From the NCBI GenBank assembly GCA_002104905.1, contig MCFE01000258.1:47644-111643 (forward strand): a stretch of 64,000 nt of DNA, in the 5' to 3' direction. Below are positions 1 to 11,450 of this stretch, piece by piece. The DNA comes from Basidiobolus meristosporus CBS 931.73. Its lineage: Eukaryota; Fungi; Basidiobolomycota. The number at the start of each line of letters is the position of its first letter. Position 1 is the first letter of the stretch. Below the pieces are notes generated by a model. That model made no database searches, had not been told where the DNA came from, and worked only from the letters and a program-made list of their open reading frames with translations. The translations under genes and the position numbers were made by a program.

Positions 1-46
1 TTGAGACTACCATCAGATTATTGCTCTGATACTGTAAGATGGGCGG
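1..46 (-). mobile_element. Fragment of CACTA/EnSpm-like transposase remnant
   Basis: gagactaccatcagattattgctctg is also present at ~10816-10860 inside the decayed transposase. Confidence 0.4.
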
Positions 47-738
47 TATGGTGGTGTATAAGTCCAAGGGAGAGATACATCCAACACTTCTTAAGTGTTT
101 TGTGTGTGGGGTTTTCACTGGGTGCAATAACCTCTGGCAAAAGCTTGCTAGGAATACTTGGGTTCTGTCTCTAATCTAATGTGATGGGGAATAAAGCCAC
201 AATCTTGTCATGGGAAAACTATTGAGCTACAATCCCCAACTTAGATGGCATCTTAACAAAAGTATGTGCTGGGTTCAGTATCCTTTGAGATGACAATGTA
301 CTCAGGCCTCCAAAGTCAAAATAACTGAAACTCCACCAGTAGGGACTTGATAAGAATGCAGCTGTGGTCAATAGTTACAAAGACAGAAAAGTATCTTTGT
401 CTGTACAAGAACAAACTTGGGAAAGAATCAAATGTAATAAAAGATACCTACTCTGAATATTCCTCACAAAGTGCCTCCAAGGTCAGTTGGCTGTCAGCAT
501 GGTTGCCTGGGAGTGTCCTGTGGTCTGGGGCTGGAAGCTCAGGTAGTAGCAGGTAGCAGTGATCACACTAATCAACAAGTTGGTACAACATCACAATGAG
601 TTAAAAGTACTCTAAGTAGGTGCTGGAAGGTTCTAAGAGGCACAGCACATCCAACCAATCAGGAATCAGTACTCTATAACCTGTGTAGCCTAAGTATACT
701 ATATATGATACTGAAATGGTAGGGATGGTGACACAGGC
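47..738. repeat. Diverged, partial LTR related to the LTRs at 4883-5684 and 7695-8497
   Basis: Shares blocks such as tggtggtgta, gggtgcaataacctctg, ggaaggttctaa..ggcacagcac, caaccaatcaggaatcagta and gaaatggtagggatggt with those LTRs. Confidence 0.6.
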
Positions 739-740
739 TG

Positions 741-1021
741 TTCATTTATTGAAAGTAAAAGTAGTACTTATACTTTTGCAGGGCTTTGGCATAACAAACA
801 TATAAGATAAGCCTAGGAAGGTCCCAATAACATGTGTGCAAAATTTAGGTCTGTTTGGACAACTTTGAGATTTTCATGTTCTGGGTACCTGGTATTTTGG
901 TGAAAATATTCCAAGTAAATCCCAACACTGAATCTGGTCAGTATTCTTTAGGACTTGATGGTAATGATCTCAGTGACCAAGTTAAGTGAATATTTAGGTT
1001 GAATTGCAAATTCCTACAACA
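741..1021 (-). repeat. Partial 3' LTR of a Copia element
   Basis: Roughly 83% similar by eye to the LTR at 13315-13663. Ends ...ctacaaca. The polypurine tract GAGTGGGAG (minus strand, 1022-1030) abuts it. Confidence 0.8.
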
Positions 1022-1045
1022 CTCCCACTCAGCTAAATATTCATA

Positions 1046-3446
1046 CTAACTAACTATTGCTGACTTAGATCTAAGATATTCAAACTTGTCACTAGCCAAT
1101 AGTTTGGTAAGTATGTCTGCAATCCTTTCATCTGAAGGACAGTAAGCTAAGCTACCTAGGTTATTTTCTGTAGCTTCATATATGAAATGATGTCTAATAT
1201 TTATATGCTTAGTTCTGGCATGAAAAGTTGAATATCTTCCTAATGATATACATGCGTGATTATCTTGATATAAAGTAATAAGCATTTTTTGACATAGGCC
1301 TAAATCTGTAAAAAGCTTTGTTAAGCACATTGCTTCTTTTGTAGCTTCACAGGCTGCCATATACTCTGCCTCTGTGGTGGAGAGTATTATAGTTGGTTGC
1401 TTTTTTGAGTTCCATGGAATTGCTCCTTCACTGTAAAGAAAGGTGTATCCTGTGGTGGATCTTCTGTCTTCTGAATTTGTATAAGTGTATCTTAAACAGA
1501 TATCAGTAGTTCCTCTCAGGGATCTAAAAGTCTGCTTAACTGCTGCAATATAATCAGATCTATAGTTCTAATTATGCTAGCTGACAACTCTCACTGAGTA
1601 TGAGATATCTGGACTTACTCCAAGCATATATACATCAGACTGCTGACCATGGATTGATAAGGAAAGCCAGGGCTTTCAGATGGCACTAAGCTCTCTTGAT
1701 TTGGTTGAGTTTTGACCAAGTTAAGGTTTGTCTCCATTGGAGTAGCTGCCAGTTTACAATCTTCCATTTAGTACTTATTTAGTATATCTTGAATATGTTT
1801 GGATTGGCCTAGAGTGATAGTCTGGGTACTTCTGTCTATGAAAAGCTTTATTGCTAAGTAGTAACTGGGTTCTCCTAAATTGGACATCTTTAACTCTTTA
1901 GATAGACTAGATTTAGTCTCTTCCAATGCTGCTAGGTTATTAGCAGCTATGATAAGATTGTCCACATATAGAGCAATAGAACTGGGTTTGCTCTATCTGG
2001 CTTATAGTATATACTATAGTCAGCATTACTCCTTTTTAAACTCAAAGATTCCAAATAAGAGTCCATCTTGCAACTCCAGGCTCTTGGAGATTGTTTGAGA
2101 TCATATAGAGACTTGTTATGCTTGCAGACCAAATGGGGGCTATATTGTGTTGTAAGAGTCCTGGAGATATTGGAAGTTATTGGGAGAGCAAGTAGATTAT
2201 GTGGTTTTCACTTAATGATTTATTGAATGTAAAAGTAGTATTTATACTTTTACATGGTCTTGGTAGAACAAACACACAGAATAGGCTAAGGAAGGTCCCA
2301 AGAGCATGTGTGCATAGTTTGGGGCTGTTTGGACAACTTTGAGAATTTTCATGTTCTGAGTACCTGGTATTTTGGTGAAAATATTCTAAATCCCAACAAG
2401 GAATTTGGTCTATATTCTCTAGGTTTTAAAGGTAAGGATTTATGTGACCAAGTTAGGTGAATATTTAGGCGGAATTACAACTTTACAACATATTGGTCAG
2501 CAAACCCATCAGGTTGGTCCATATAAACATCTTCATCAAGTTCTCCATTCAAAAATGCAGTTTTACATTCATTTGATGTGAAAAAAACTTTTATTTGGCT
2601 GCAATAGATGATATCAGCTTGATGGAATTAAACTTGGCTGCTAGTGTAAAGGTCTCAGTACAGTCAGGCCCTTTTGTTTGGGAGTATCCTTTGGCTGCAA
2701 TTCTTGCTTTGTATCTTTTAATTGTGCCATCAGTTTTATACTAGTCTAAAGACCCATCTGCATCCAATTGATTTTTGGTTGATTGGCAACTTGACTAAGT
2801 CCCAAGTTTGATTTTCAATCAGGGCCTGATATTCCTCAGTGATTGAAGATCTCCCAAACTTTGTCTGAGGGCTATTTAGGTCCTCTTTCACAGTCTGCGG
2901 CTTATCAATGTTGACTGAATAGGCATAGGCTAAGTTTGTACCCACTTTGATATAGTGATTTGGGCTATTTCTTGTCTGGTTGGATCCCCTGGCATTTGAT
3001 ATCACAATGATAACTTCTGGGATACTCCTGGGCACTGATTCAGGCTAACCACAGTTGTAGAGTCCTGTGGAGGGAATAAGCTTGCATTATTTTGCTCTGA
3101 TTCAATCCTGACTATTTGTGGACTTAAGATCAAGATTCCAACATTATCTGATGTCATTTTTTTTGAAAATGTTAAATTTTCATCAAACCATAAATCCCTG
3201 GACCTGATCAGCTTCTTTGCTTTGGTATTTTAGAGTCTGCATGCTTTAGTCTCATTGCAGTAGCCCAAAAATATGCATTTCACACTTTTTGGCTGAGATA
3301 TTGACTGATTTCTGGGCAGTTTCTTGGCATATGCTGTACACCCAAGTATTCCTAGAAGCTCTGCACTGGGTCGGTATCCATACCCTGCTTCAAATAGAGG
3401 AGAATGACAAAGTATTTTCTTATGGCTCCTATTATTAAGGTATACA
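1046..3446 (-). mobile_element. Degenerate Ty1/Copia pol (integrase C-terminus, RT, RNase H)
   Basis: RNase H motifs (YQDNHACI, HARTKHINIRHHF, IADILTK). RT motifs (EEYQALIENQTWDLV, IGCRWVF, QPDGF, LKQSPRAW). Integrase tail homologous to 13664-13793. Many stops and frameshifts. Confidence 0.9.
2148..2490. repeat. Solo Copia LTR with 5-bp TSD TATTG
   Basis: TGTTGTAA...TTACAACA termini. TATTG at 2143-2147 and 2491-2495. Removing the LTR restores the RT frame QPDGFADQYSPHLVCK. Confidence 0.9.
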
Positions 3447-4882
3447 CCTGCCCCTTGAAAGATGGTAGCAATAATTCTGTCAAAAGGCCATCACAAATTT
3501 AAAGTCCCATGACTAAGAAGTACTGATCCCATATGGACACCATCCAGAGACTGTTGAAAAATAATTACACCCCAGATTTCACAAAAAACTTTGTCAAAAT
3601 TTCTCATTACAACAATATATAAGTGGTTTATGATTAGCTCCCTGCCAATTTACTCACTTTCTGATCCCAGACACTCTATCACCTTCTATATTTGTGTGTG
3701 TTGACTGGCTATTGCCTTTTTTTTACACTCATTACTTCCTGACTCAACTTTTTCTCTTACTTTTTATGTGTGCCAACTGATATGTTTCCATTGAAACTTG
3801 AGTTGTACCTCAATTGCCAATTATATTGACCTATACAAGTCCCTAAACCCTACACCAACATTAAGCCCAATCCCATCTTCAATAAGAAACTCCTTTGAAA
3901 TCCACCATACAATAAGTATTTCTGCTGTAATGCTCTGGTTCCACAACTTTGGTGGGACCTAATGGCTTTATGCCACTGTGCATTCACTGGTTCCCATACA
4001 TCCTGCTCTTCAGCTGGCACTGCAAGGCCTAGCACTGCATCTGCCAGTCTTTCCAATAGATCCTTACAATGCTCAAGTGCATTTTCCTGAGCACTGCTCT
4101 GGAAGAAGTGTTGCAACCTCTTGGTGTGCCTATTAATCTTTGAAGATTCCACTGAAGGCATTGTGATAGTCTTTTGAGATCTTGATATTTTAGCCTTGTC
4201 TGTCAGTGGGATCTCCGCTCTGTCAATAATGGAGGATGTGGAGGCTGTGAAAGACAAATTGCCTTTTTCTGCAAACCCATCTACCTTGCTGGAGAGTAGC
4301 TGAACTGGCCGTGCTTCCAACTCATGTGAAAACAGTTGTTTTCTTATTGGTAGTTCTTCATGCTATCACGGAATTCAGTCTGCTACATGCTTGCAGCATT
4401 AATTGGCAAGAACTGCAGTTTTTTTGCATGCCTCCCTGTCTCAGGCTTGGGTAGATATTTTTCTCTTTACCTATATCTTTATTACTGCCAGGTATCTCAC
4501 TGCTACTTTGTCTGAGTGCTTCTTGTAATGAACTACACTTTCTCCTTGCTAAATTCTGCTCTGAGGCATCTGTTTTGGCCTGTTTATCACTTGCTGGCAC
4601 TCTTCAGGCAAACTGATGTCTCTTTTCCACTTGTTTGAGCTCTCAACCATAATTGTGATGGGCCCCTGTAAAGCTGCTGGTTGTATCACTGCCATGTCCT
4701 TCACTGCTACTTTGACTAGGTGCTTCTTGAGTAGTACTACACTTTTCCTTGATAAATACTGTGCTGGTGCATCTGAGTCTGCTTGCTTGTTCCAAACTGG
4801 CACTCTTCCAGCTACCTGATGTCTCTTTAACACTTATCTAGAGCACTTGGCCCTGCTTGTAACAGGCTCTTGAGGAAGCCGC

Positions 4883-5684
4883 TGTGGTGGTGTAGAGGTA
4901 CTCCTGGGAGAAGCACACAACTCAAGGTGTGTGAGGTGTCTGATGGGTGCAATAACCTCTGTGTCTAAACTGCTGGTGTCTTTGTCAATATGCCACTATG
5001 GTAAAAGCTCCTGCTTCTCTAGCTTCCTAGGTGCTCCAAGTGTCTCCAAAGGACACTGTGTGTCTTGTGCACTACCCTGAAAAGCTCCTTGATGGCAGGT
5101 CTGAGATGTACAGTTGAAGGCAGGTGCAGTGATCAACTGCTGACCAATAAGGTAGAAGTGTTACTGATAGAAGGGATGATTTATTGATGAGGGATGGCTT
5201 TCCCTTAAATACATTTCCTGATTGCCAAGTGATTACTAATGACAAGGTTCTAGAAGATTCTAGGTATCAGTGGAATTCTTGATGACATCACTATGAGCTA
5301 AAAATATGCAAGAATGTCCTGGAAGGTTCTAAAAGGCACAGCACTCTCAACCAATCAGGAATCAGTAGTCTGAAACCTGTGCAACATAGAAATACCATAT
5401 ATGGTATTGAAATGGTAGGGATGGTAACGCAGACCTAGGTCATGTGTCATGGGTACTGATGCGGGTACTTGCCTTATATAGATACATCTACTGATCACAA
5501 AGCTGAATAACATCTGGGATAACTAATACTAATAACTAATCAGGGTAAACATCATATGGGGATAATACTGATAATATGGGCAAAAGAAGAATGGGATAAT
5601 ACTGATAAGATAAAATATGGATAAGTATATCATAATGACTATATGAATAAACTTGTCTGTGGGAGGTATGTTTACCCTACCACA
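4883..5684 (-). repeat. 3' LTR (802 bp)
   Basis: Direct repeat of 7695-8497. Preceded on the minus strand by the purine tract TGGGGGGTGGA. Confidence 0.9.
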
Positions 5685-5763
5685 TCCACCCCCCACTTGA
5701 GCTAAAAAGTTCCCTGAAACTTTTTTAGCTAAACACTGTAGGTTTGGAGAACAAAGTGCTCTC

Positions 5764-7620
5764 TCAGTCATCCTCAATGAAGCCACCTGTCTTTTCTTGG
5801 GATAGAAATCTACATGATGTCATTGATTGGATATTGTTTGAGTCCACACCACAGAAGGTTGCTGTTAGTCCTGGGCTCTCTGAGTATATAGTATACCATG
5901 CTGAACCATCTGGGTAGTTCACTGCAGTTGCTCTTGCTTTCACCTCCCATGGTCTTCCAAGAAGTAATTCAAAGTTAGCCTTTGCACAAATGAATACTGG
6001 GATCTCATGGGGTATTCCTTCAATGATGAGAGGGAAGCTGTGAATAATTCCTAAAAGCTTTGATTGCCCTGAGTTGGCATCCTTCATACTCCAATTGATA
6101 TTGGTGTCTATGGGCAATAGGTCTTTGCATGGTAGTTGTTTCCAAGCCTCCAAAGGCATCACACATATCTCAGATCCACTGTCTATATGACATAGGATTT
6201 CTTGATTATGCACAGTTCCTGTAGTTGTTGCAGTTGCCACTGAGTAGTAGTGTTTCTGGCTTTGATGCAGCTTACTGGTATCTTGGCTTCCCTGAACTGT
6301 CCTGACCTGGTTGCCTTGAGTTGCTTCAATTGGGTGCTTTCTTATTCTGATGTGCTCATCCAGAGTCTTTCTTACAGATGGTGATACACTGAGTAGCTCT
6401 CCAACCTTGATTGATATGTTGCTTCCTAGTATATGACTTGTCAGAGCCTCTGGGGTACCATTTTGCTTGACTCTAGGCTGCATGTGGTAGTTGTTGGCCT
6501 TGGCAGACTCTTGTAAAATTAATTGGGGTGATGCTTTCTTCGCAATCACAACCTCTGGCTCACATCTTGGTACTTTTGTTGGTGGGCCTGGATTAGCCAT
6601 TTTTTCAGAATGGTGTCTCTTTGAAGCATAAATTGAAGCTATATGATCTTGAGCCTCTCTGGGGTCCTCATAGTCAAAGTTCAGAACTGCGGCTGGATCA
6701 AAGTAGTCAGGATCTTCTTCTTCATGGGGGTGCACCTTTCTTGTATGAGAAGTGACTTGCTTGTAATGAACTCTCATTCCTCCTTGTCCAAATGCTGTGG
6801 ATAATTTGTCACCATGGTTGCTGACTATGTATCCCTGAGGACTATATAGGACATCACCTGGGGATAGTAATGACTGAAGCTCTTGGCAATTTCTCTTGGA
6901 ATGGTTGGCAGAGTCACACTACATGCATGTATATTTGACTTCTTTCTTTACTGGCTTCTGCCCATATGCTTTGCTGGTGAGTAGCAAAGAGAGTTTCTCT
7001 AGTTGCAGTGTCAGCTCCTGAATTTGAGTGCTTTGATTGCTGGGATTAAGTATGTCTTGGCTATCTTGGTCTTGTTCTGGGCTTGAAAGAAGCTTTCTGA
7101 TTGGTGAGGTTTCTTCAGGGGCAAGTAGAATCTGCTTAGCTAACTGAAATGCAGGCAGTGAACTCATAGCTTTCACAGCAGGATTGTTTTCAATCCTTCT
7201 CGCCAGGCCTTCTGGTAGTGCTCTGAGCAGATAGGCAGATAAAGTCAGATCAGTGATAATGCCTTGGGCTTTCAGTGACTCTCCAATTTGCTCAAGGCCA
7301 CTCAAGTATTCTTTCAATGGTAGCAGCTTAAACTTGCTATAAGCAAAGTTCTCCAAGTCTTGAAGTGTGTAGTCAACTTGTCTCTCTCCATATTCATCAA
7401 TCAAGTAGCTTTTCAAGAGGGTCCAATTTGTCAGCAGATCATTTCTTTCATATAATGAGAGCATGATCTCATCAGTGCTGTAGGGGGGCATCTCTTCAGC
7501 CATAATGGCCTCAGGTATATTGTGGGCTCTGCAGACAAGCTTCCACCTCTTGATGAAATCTTTAACTTTGGTTCCATCAAAGAAAGGGGTTCCTTGCATT
7601 CCTGGTAAAGGTAGATCCAT
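5764..7620 (-). pseudogene. Gag-protease polyprotein (619 codons) interrupted by one in-frame TAG at 6919-6921
   Basis: Track ORFs 6919..7620 and 5764..6777 are in the same frame, and the 47 codons between them are open. The stop falls in the zinc knuckle C-M-*-C-DSAN-H-SKRN-C. Protease motif IDSGSEI. Confidence 0.85.
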
Positions 7621-7673
7621 GGTCTTGATAATTTGTTCTTTCTTAAGTCTTCTAGGGGCAGTTCAGTCAAACC

Positions 7674-7690
7674 CCCCACGTTGGGTGCCA
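7674..7690 (-). promoter_or_regulatory. Primer-binding site, tRNA-Lys type
   Basis: TGGCACCCAACGTGGGG lies 4 nt after the LTR. It differs at one position (CG>CA) from the known tRNA-Lys PBS TGGCGCCCAACGTGGGG. Confidence 0.75.
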
Positions 7691-7694
7691 AATA

Positions 7695-8497
7695 TGTGGT
7701 GGTGTAGAGGTACTCCTAGGAGAAGCAACACAACTCAAGGTGTGTGAGGTGTCTGATGGGGGCGATAACCTCTGTGTCTAAACTGCTGGTGTCTTTGTCA
7801 ATATGCCACTATGGTAAAAGCTCCTGCTTCTCTAGCTTCCTAGGTGCTCCAAGTGTCTCCAAAGAACACTGTGTGTCTTGTGCACTACCCTGAAAAGCTC
7901 CTTGATGGCAGGTCTGAGATGTATAGTTGAAGGCAGGTGCAGTGATCAACTGCTAATCAATAAGGTAGAAGTGTTACTGATAGAAGGGATGATTTATTGA
8001 TGAGGGATGGCTTTCCCTTAAATACATTTCCTGATTGCCAAGTGATTACTAATGACAAGGTTCTAGAAGATTCTAGGTATCAGTGGAATTCTTGATGACA
8101 TCACTATGAGCTAAAAATATGCAAGAATGTCCTGGAAGGTTCTAAAAGGCACAGCACTCTCAACCAATCAGGAATCAGTAGTCTGAAACCTGTGCAACAT
8201 AGAAATACCATATATGGTATTGAAATGGTAGGGATGGTAACACAGACCTAGGTCATGTGTCATGGGTACTGACACGGGTACTTGCCTTATATAGATACAT
8301 CTACCAACCACAAAGCTGAATAACATCTGGGATAACTAATGCTAATAACTAATCAGGGTAAACATCATATGGGGATAATACTGATAATATGGGCAAAAGA
8401 AGAATGGGATAATACTGATAAGATAAAATATGGATAAGTATATCATAATGACTATATGAATAAACTTGTCTGTGGGAGGTATGTTTACCCTACCACA
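7695..8497 (-). repeat. 5' LTR (803 bp)
   Basis: Direct repeat of 4883-5684, followed on the minus strand by the PBS. Confidence 0.9.
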
Positions 8498-9499
8498 CCG
8501 TTGGTTTTTATCCATGGAACCCTAGTTCTTCTGCCTTTGATAGTTTCTACTATTCTTGAGATACTTTCTTAGCATACCAATGCTGGCCCAGAATCTGCTT
8601 GCCCATTTGAATCCAGGATAATGCTCATGGAGCAAGTCAAGTGCATTCTACATGGCCTTGAGTTCCTGATGGTCCCATGGTATGCTGGCCCTAAGGTGAT
8701 GGCATGCTAGACTTCCAATTGCCTCTTGAATCCCTATGAAAAATAATTTGGTCCCACCGGTTGATCCAATCCAGATCAGCTGTCAGAATCCCATTGAGAG
8801 ACCATCATAATACCAGCAGCTTGGAATTAGTGACCCTCCTAACAATCTTATGATGGGATCATGACGGTGTTTTGCTAGTTATACAACCAAATAAAGGGAT
8901 GAAACTTAACAATGTTTATTAGTGCTGTGACAATATTTGCATGGTATTGTTGCGGTCTTTTAGTGCTCTATAACTATTTTAAGTGGATCCAGTTGGCCAG
9001 GACATCCAATTGCCTTATATGGCAAGAAACTTGATGGTATTTTGACAGCCTCACAGCAAGACTCTGATGGCATTAAGTTGGCAGTATGACGGCCTACTGC
9101 TGGCTCAGTATAATGCTACCATACCTATTTACCAAATGGTATTTCCTTTTTCTACTTCCCCTTGTGCAACTCATATATTCCACTGTAAAGTCACCCCTCT
9201 TTATTTGCTTACTCACTACTACCTTGGGTATTCCACATATAGTTCAAATCCAAAAACTATGACCTGCTTGCTGACCTTTACAAATGCGCACACCTGCCAC
9301 AGTTGACATACTTCTATCACCTTAACTTTACGGCTTTTTGGTGTGATACTTGCAAAGTTGCCATATACCTTATACTGCTGGTACATATACATCTTGCAAA
9401 CATATCCTTGGTTATTGCCGCTTCTGCCATGAATACCTCCTGAATATCCACAAAGAGCTTCTTAGTATTTAGCCAATATATTCCTTCTCTCTGCTGGAT

Positions 9500-11450
9500 T
9501 CTAGTCCCCCTTATAGGTGTGCTTGGTTTTTTGTTTGTGTAAATTCCATATTGAATGGTGTAGAAGTTGGCTTGTGATTACAAGAAATCTGGCATACCTT
9601 AGTAGAGTTTTCCTAATAAAAATTAGTTGCTTGTTGCACCCAACCCAACTTTGAATTACTTAACTGATTACCCATGCATTGGGGCTGCTTAGATTCTTAA
9701 TACCATAGACGTAGGTGTCTCCATGTGCACATCTGTCCTCTGTATTTTCCAACTCTTCCTGGCTATTTTTGATGTGCCAACTCATCACATCCATGACAGA
9801 CTTCAAGGTAAAATTCTTGATGAGATAGGAGTATGGTAGTTTCTGCAACTTGGCTTGTCTTCCTATCTCCCCACACATATGCCCCATAGGAAACTCCCAA
9901 AAGGTGAAGCAAGGCCTAATATTCTCCACACACTGTGCAAGCTGGATTAGAGAATGGATACAGTAGCGGCAGAGATCTACATGTTCAGCTTTATGTTTGT
10001 AGTATAGCCGCTCAAATCCTGTCACAATCTCCTCACACAACAGCTGTAGATGCATCAAGTTGGCATTGGTGATCCGCATCTTGATAAGTATTCCTAAAAT
10101 GTCCATACATGACTCCCAATGCTTCCAATGTACTCTTGGTGGGAATTGCTTCAAAACACCACTTGAAAAAATACATATCCAGTTCATCCAGTCTTTGCAT
10201 TTGTATTGTTGCATATGTGTATGAATATAAATCAGAGCTCATGAGAAGTACTCAGGGTAGCAGATACTCTATAATATCTTACCAGCTCTTTCAAATTTCT
10301 CCGGTATCTCAACGGGCTCAAATAGCTTGAAATGCCCCATATACAACTTGGTCACTGGTATAGGGATATTGGTGAAAAGCAAATGCTTTGCTCCCAGTGA
10401 AAAGCTTTTGCTCCAAAAGATACTCTTGGTCTTAAGTATCTCTGGTTTCTAATTGATTCCATATTCTAGCCAATGACTTATAGCTTCCCAACTTTGCTGC
10501 AATTGCATGCTGACTTCTGTACATTCTCTCTGTGGAAAGATGATGTTCTTAGTGCCAATGTTTTGGTAATAATAATGTGTGTGAGTTATGGAGTAAATCC
10601 CTTGGATCTCATACATTTGACAGCAATACTCTCCATTGTGCCTGGAAAAACCTGCTATCTTGCAGATGGCTGTGGTATCTCCAATGCAGATAATAATATG
10701 TGCTTTTACATGACAGCCATTAACTGTTATCCCACTGGAAAGCATACAATATACATCCAGCAATTGATACAGGTAGCTATCCAGGTTGGACAGTGATTCA
10801 GGAACAGCTACCAGTGAGACTACCATCAGATTATTGCTCTGGTACCATTAGATGGGCAGCAGATTCAGCTTGATGAGAATCAGTGGCCAGCAGGATTTGC
10901 TTGTAGAGTACTAGTTCAAAGAGGATCCATCAAGTGCTAAAGCAAAGGCATGGTCATACATACCTTCAAAGTAGCCCTTGCTTCTTAGCTGTTTGTGATA
11001 TTTGTCATCAAATATACCTGATATGCTTGTGCTTGATTGATACTAAGTGTGGTACTGCATAGCTTTACAGAATTTGTTGGACTGAATCAGCTTCCTTAGA
11101 CAGGATATGACCGGAATATATTCAGAGTGTGAACAATGTTTTCCCTCAATGGTCGTGGATTCCTGACAACTTGGACATGTTGCAATGGTAGCATTTTTGG
11201 ATGTGAATGTCATGCAACTGTTAACACATGCTGGAATCAGGACAGTCTCTGTATCATATGTTGCCCGCCACATGACGGTTGTCCACTTGTACCATGTACA
11301 TGGTAAGTTGCATTGCAGTATAACTTTGGCAAGAAGTAGTAATAAATCTTCCAAGCCCCCATTACTGATATCAATGGAAACATGCCACTCCTCTAGCCAC
11401 AACATTACATCATTCACCAGTATATTGATTACTGGGCTCACTTGGCTCAC
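9500..11450 (-). mobile_element. Decayed CACTA/EnSpm-like (Tnp2-type) transposase
   Basis: Motifs appear in the expected order: ACVNSCMTF..CPSC..YIP, SCWPLILIKLNLLP, IGDTTAICKIAGFSRHNGEYCC, HWKHW..FERLY, IHSLIQL..PCFTFWEFPM. Multiple stops. No TIRs found. Confidence 0.65.

Larger units (their letters stand above)
4883..8497 (-). mobile_element. Complete two-LTR, non-autonomous (Gag-protease only) Ty3/Gypsy-like retroelement
   Basis: Near-identical ~800 bp LTRs with TG...CA ends. PBS at 7674-7690, PPT at 5685-5695. The internal 2 kb codes only Gag, a zinc knuckle and an aspartic protease. Confidence 0.85.

Noticed and set aside
3850-4833. ORFs 3850..4320, 4358..4600 and 4549..4833 as host genes
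   Set aside because: They are CpG-depleted, fragmented, partly repeated and have no recognisable motif. They are probably transposon-derived, but I cannot assign them.
3447-11450. A single intact CACTA element spanning the 8 kb insert
   Set aside because: There are no CACTA/TAGTG terminal inverted repeats, and the transposase is cut at its 5' end.
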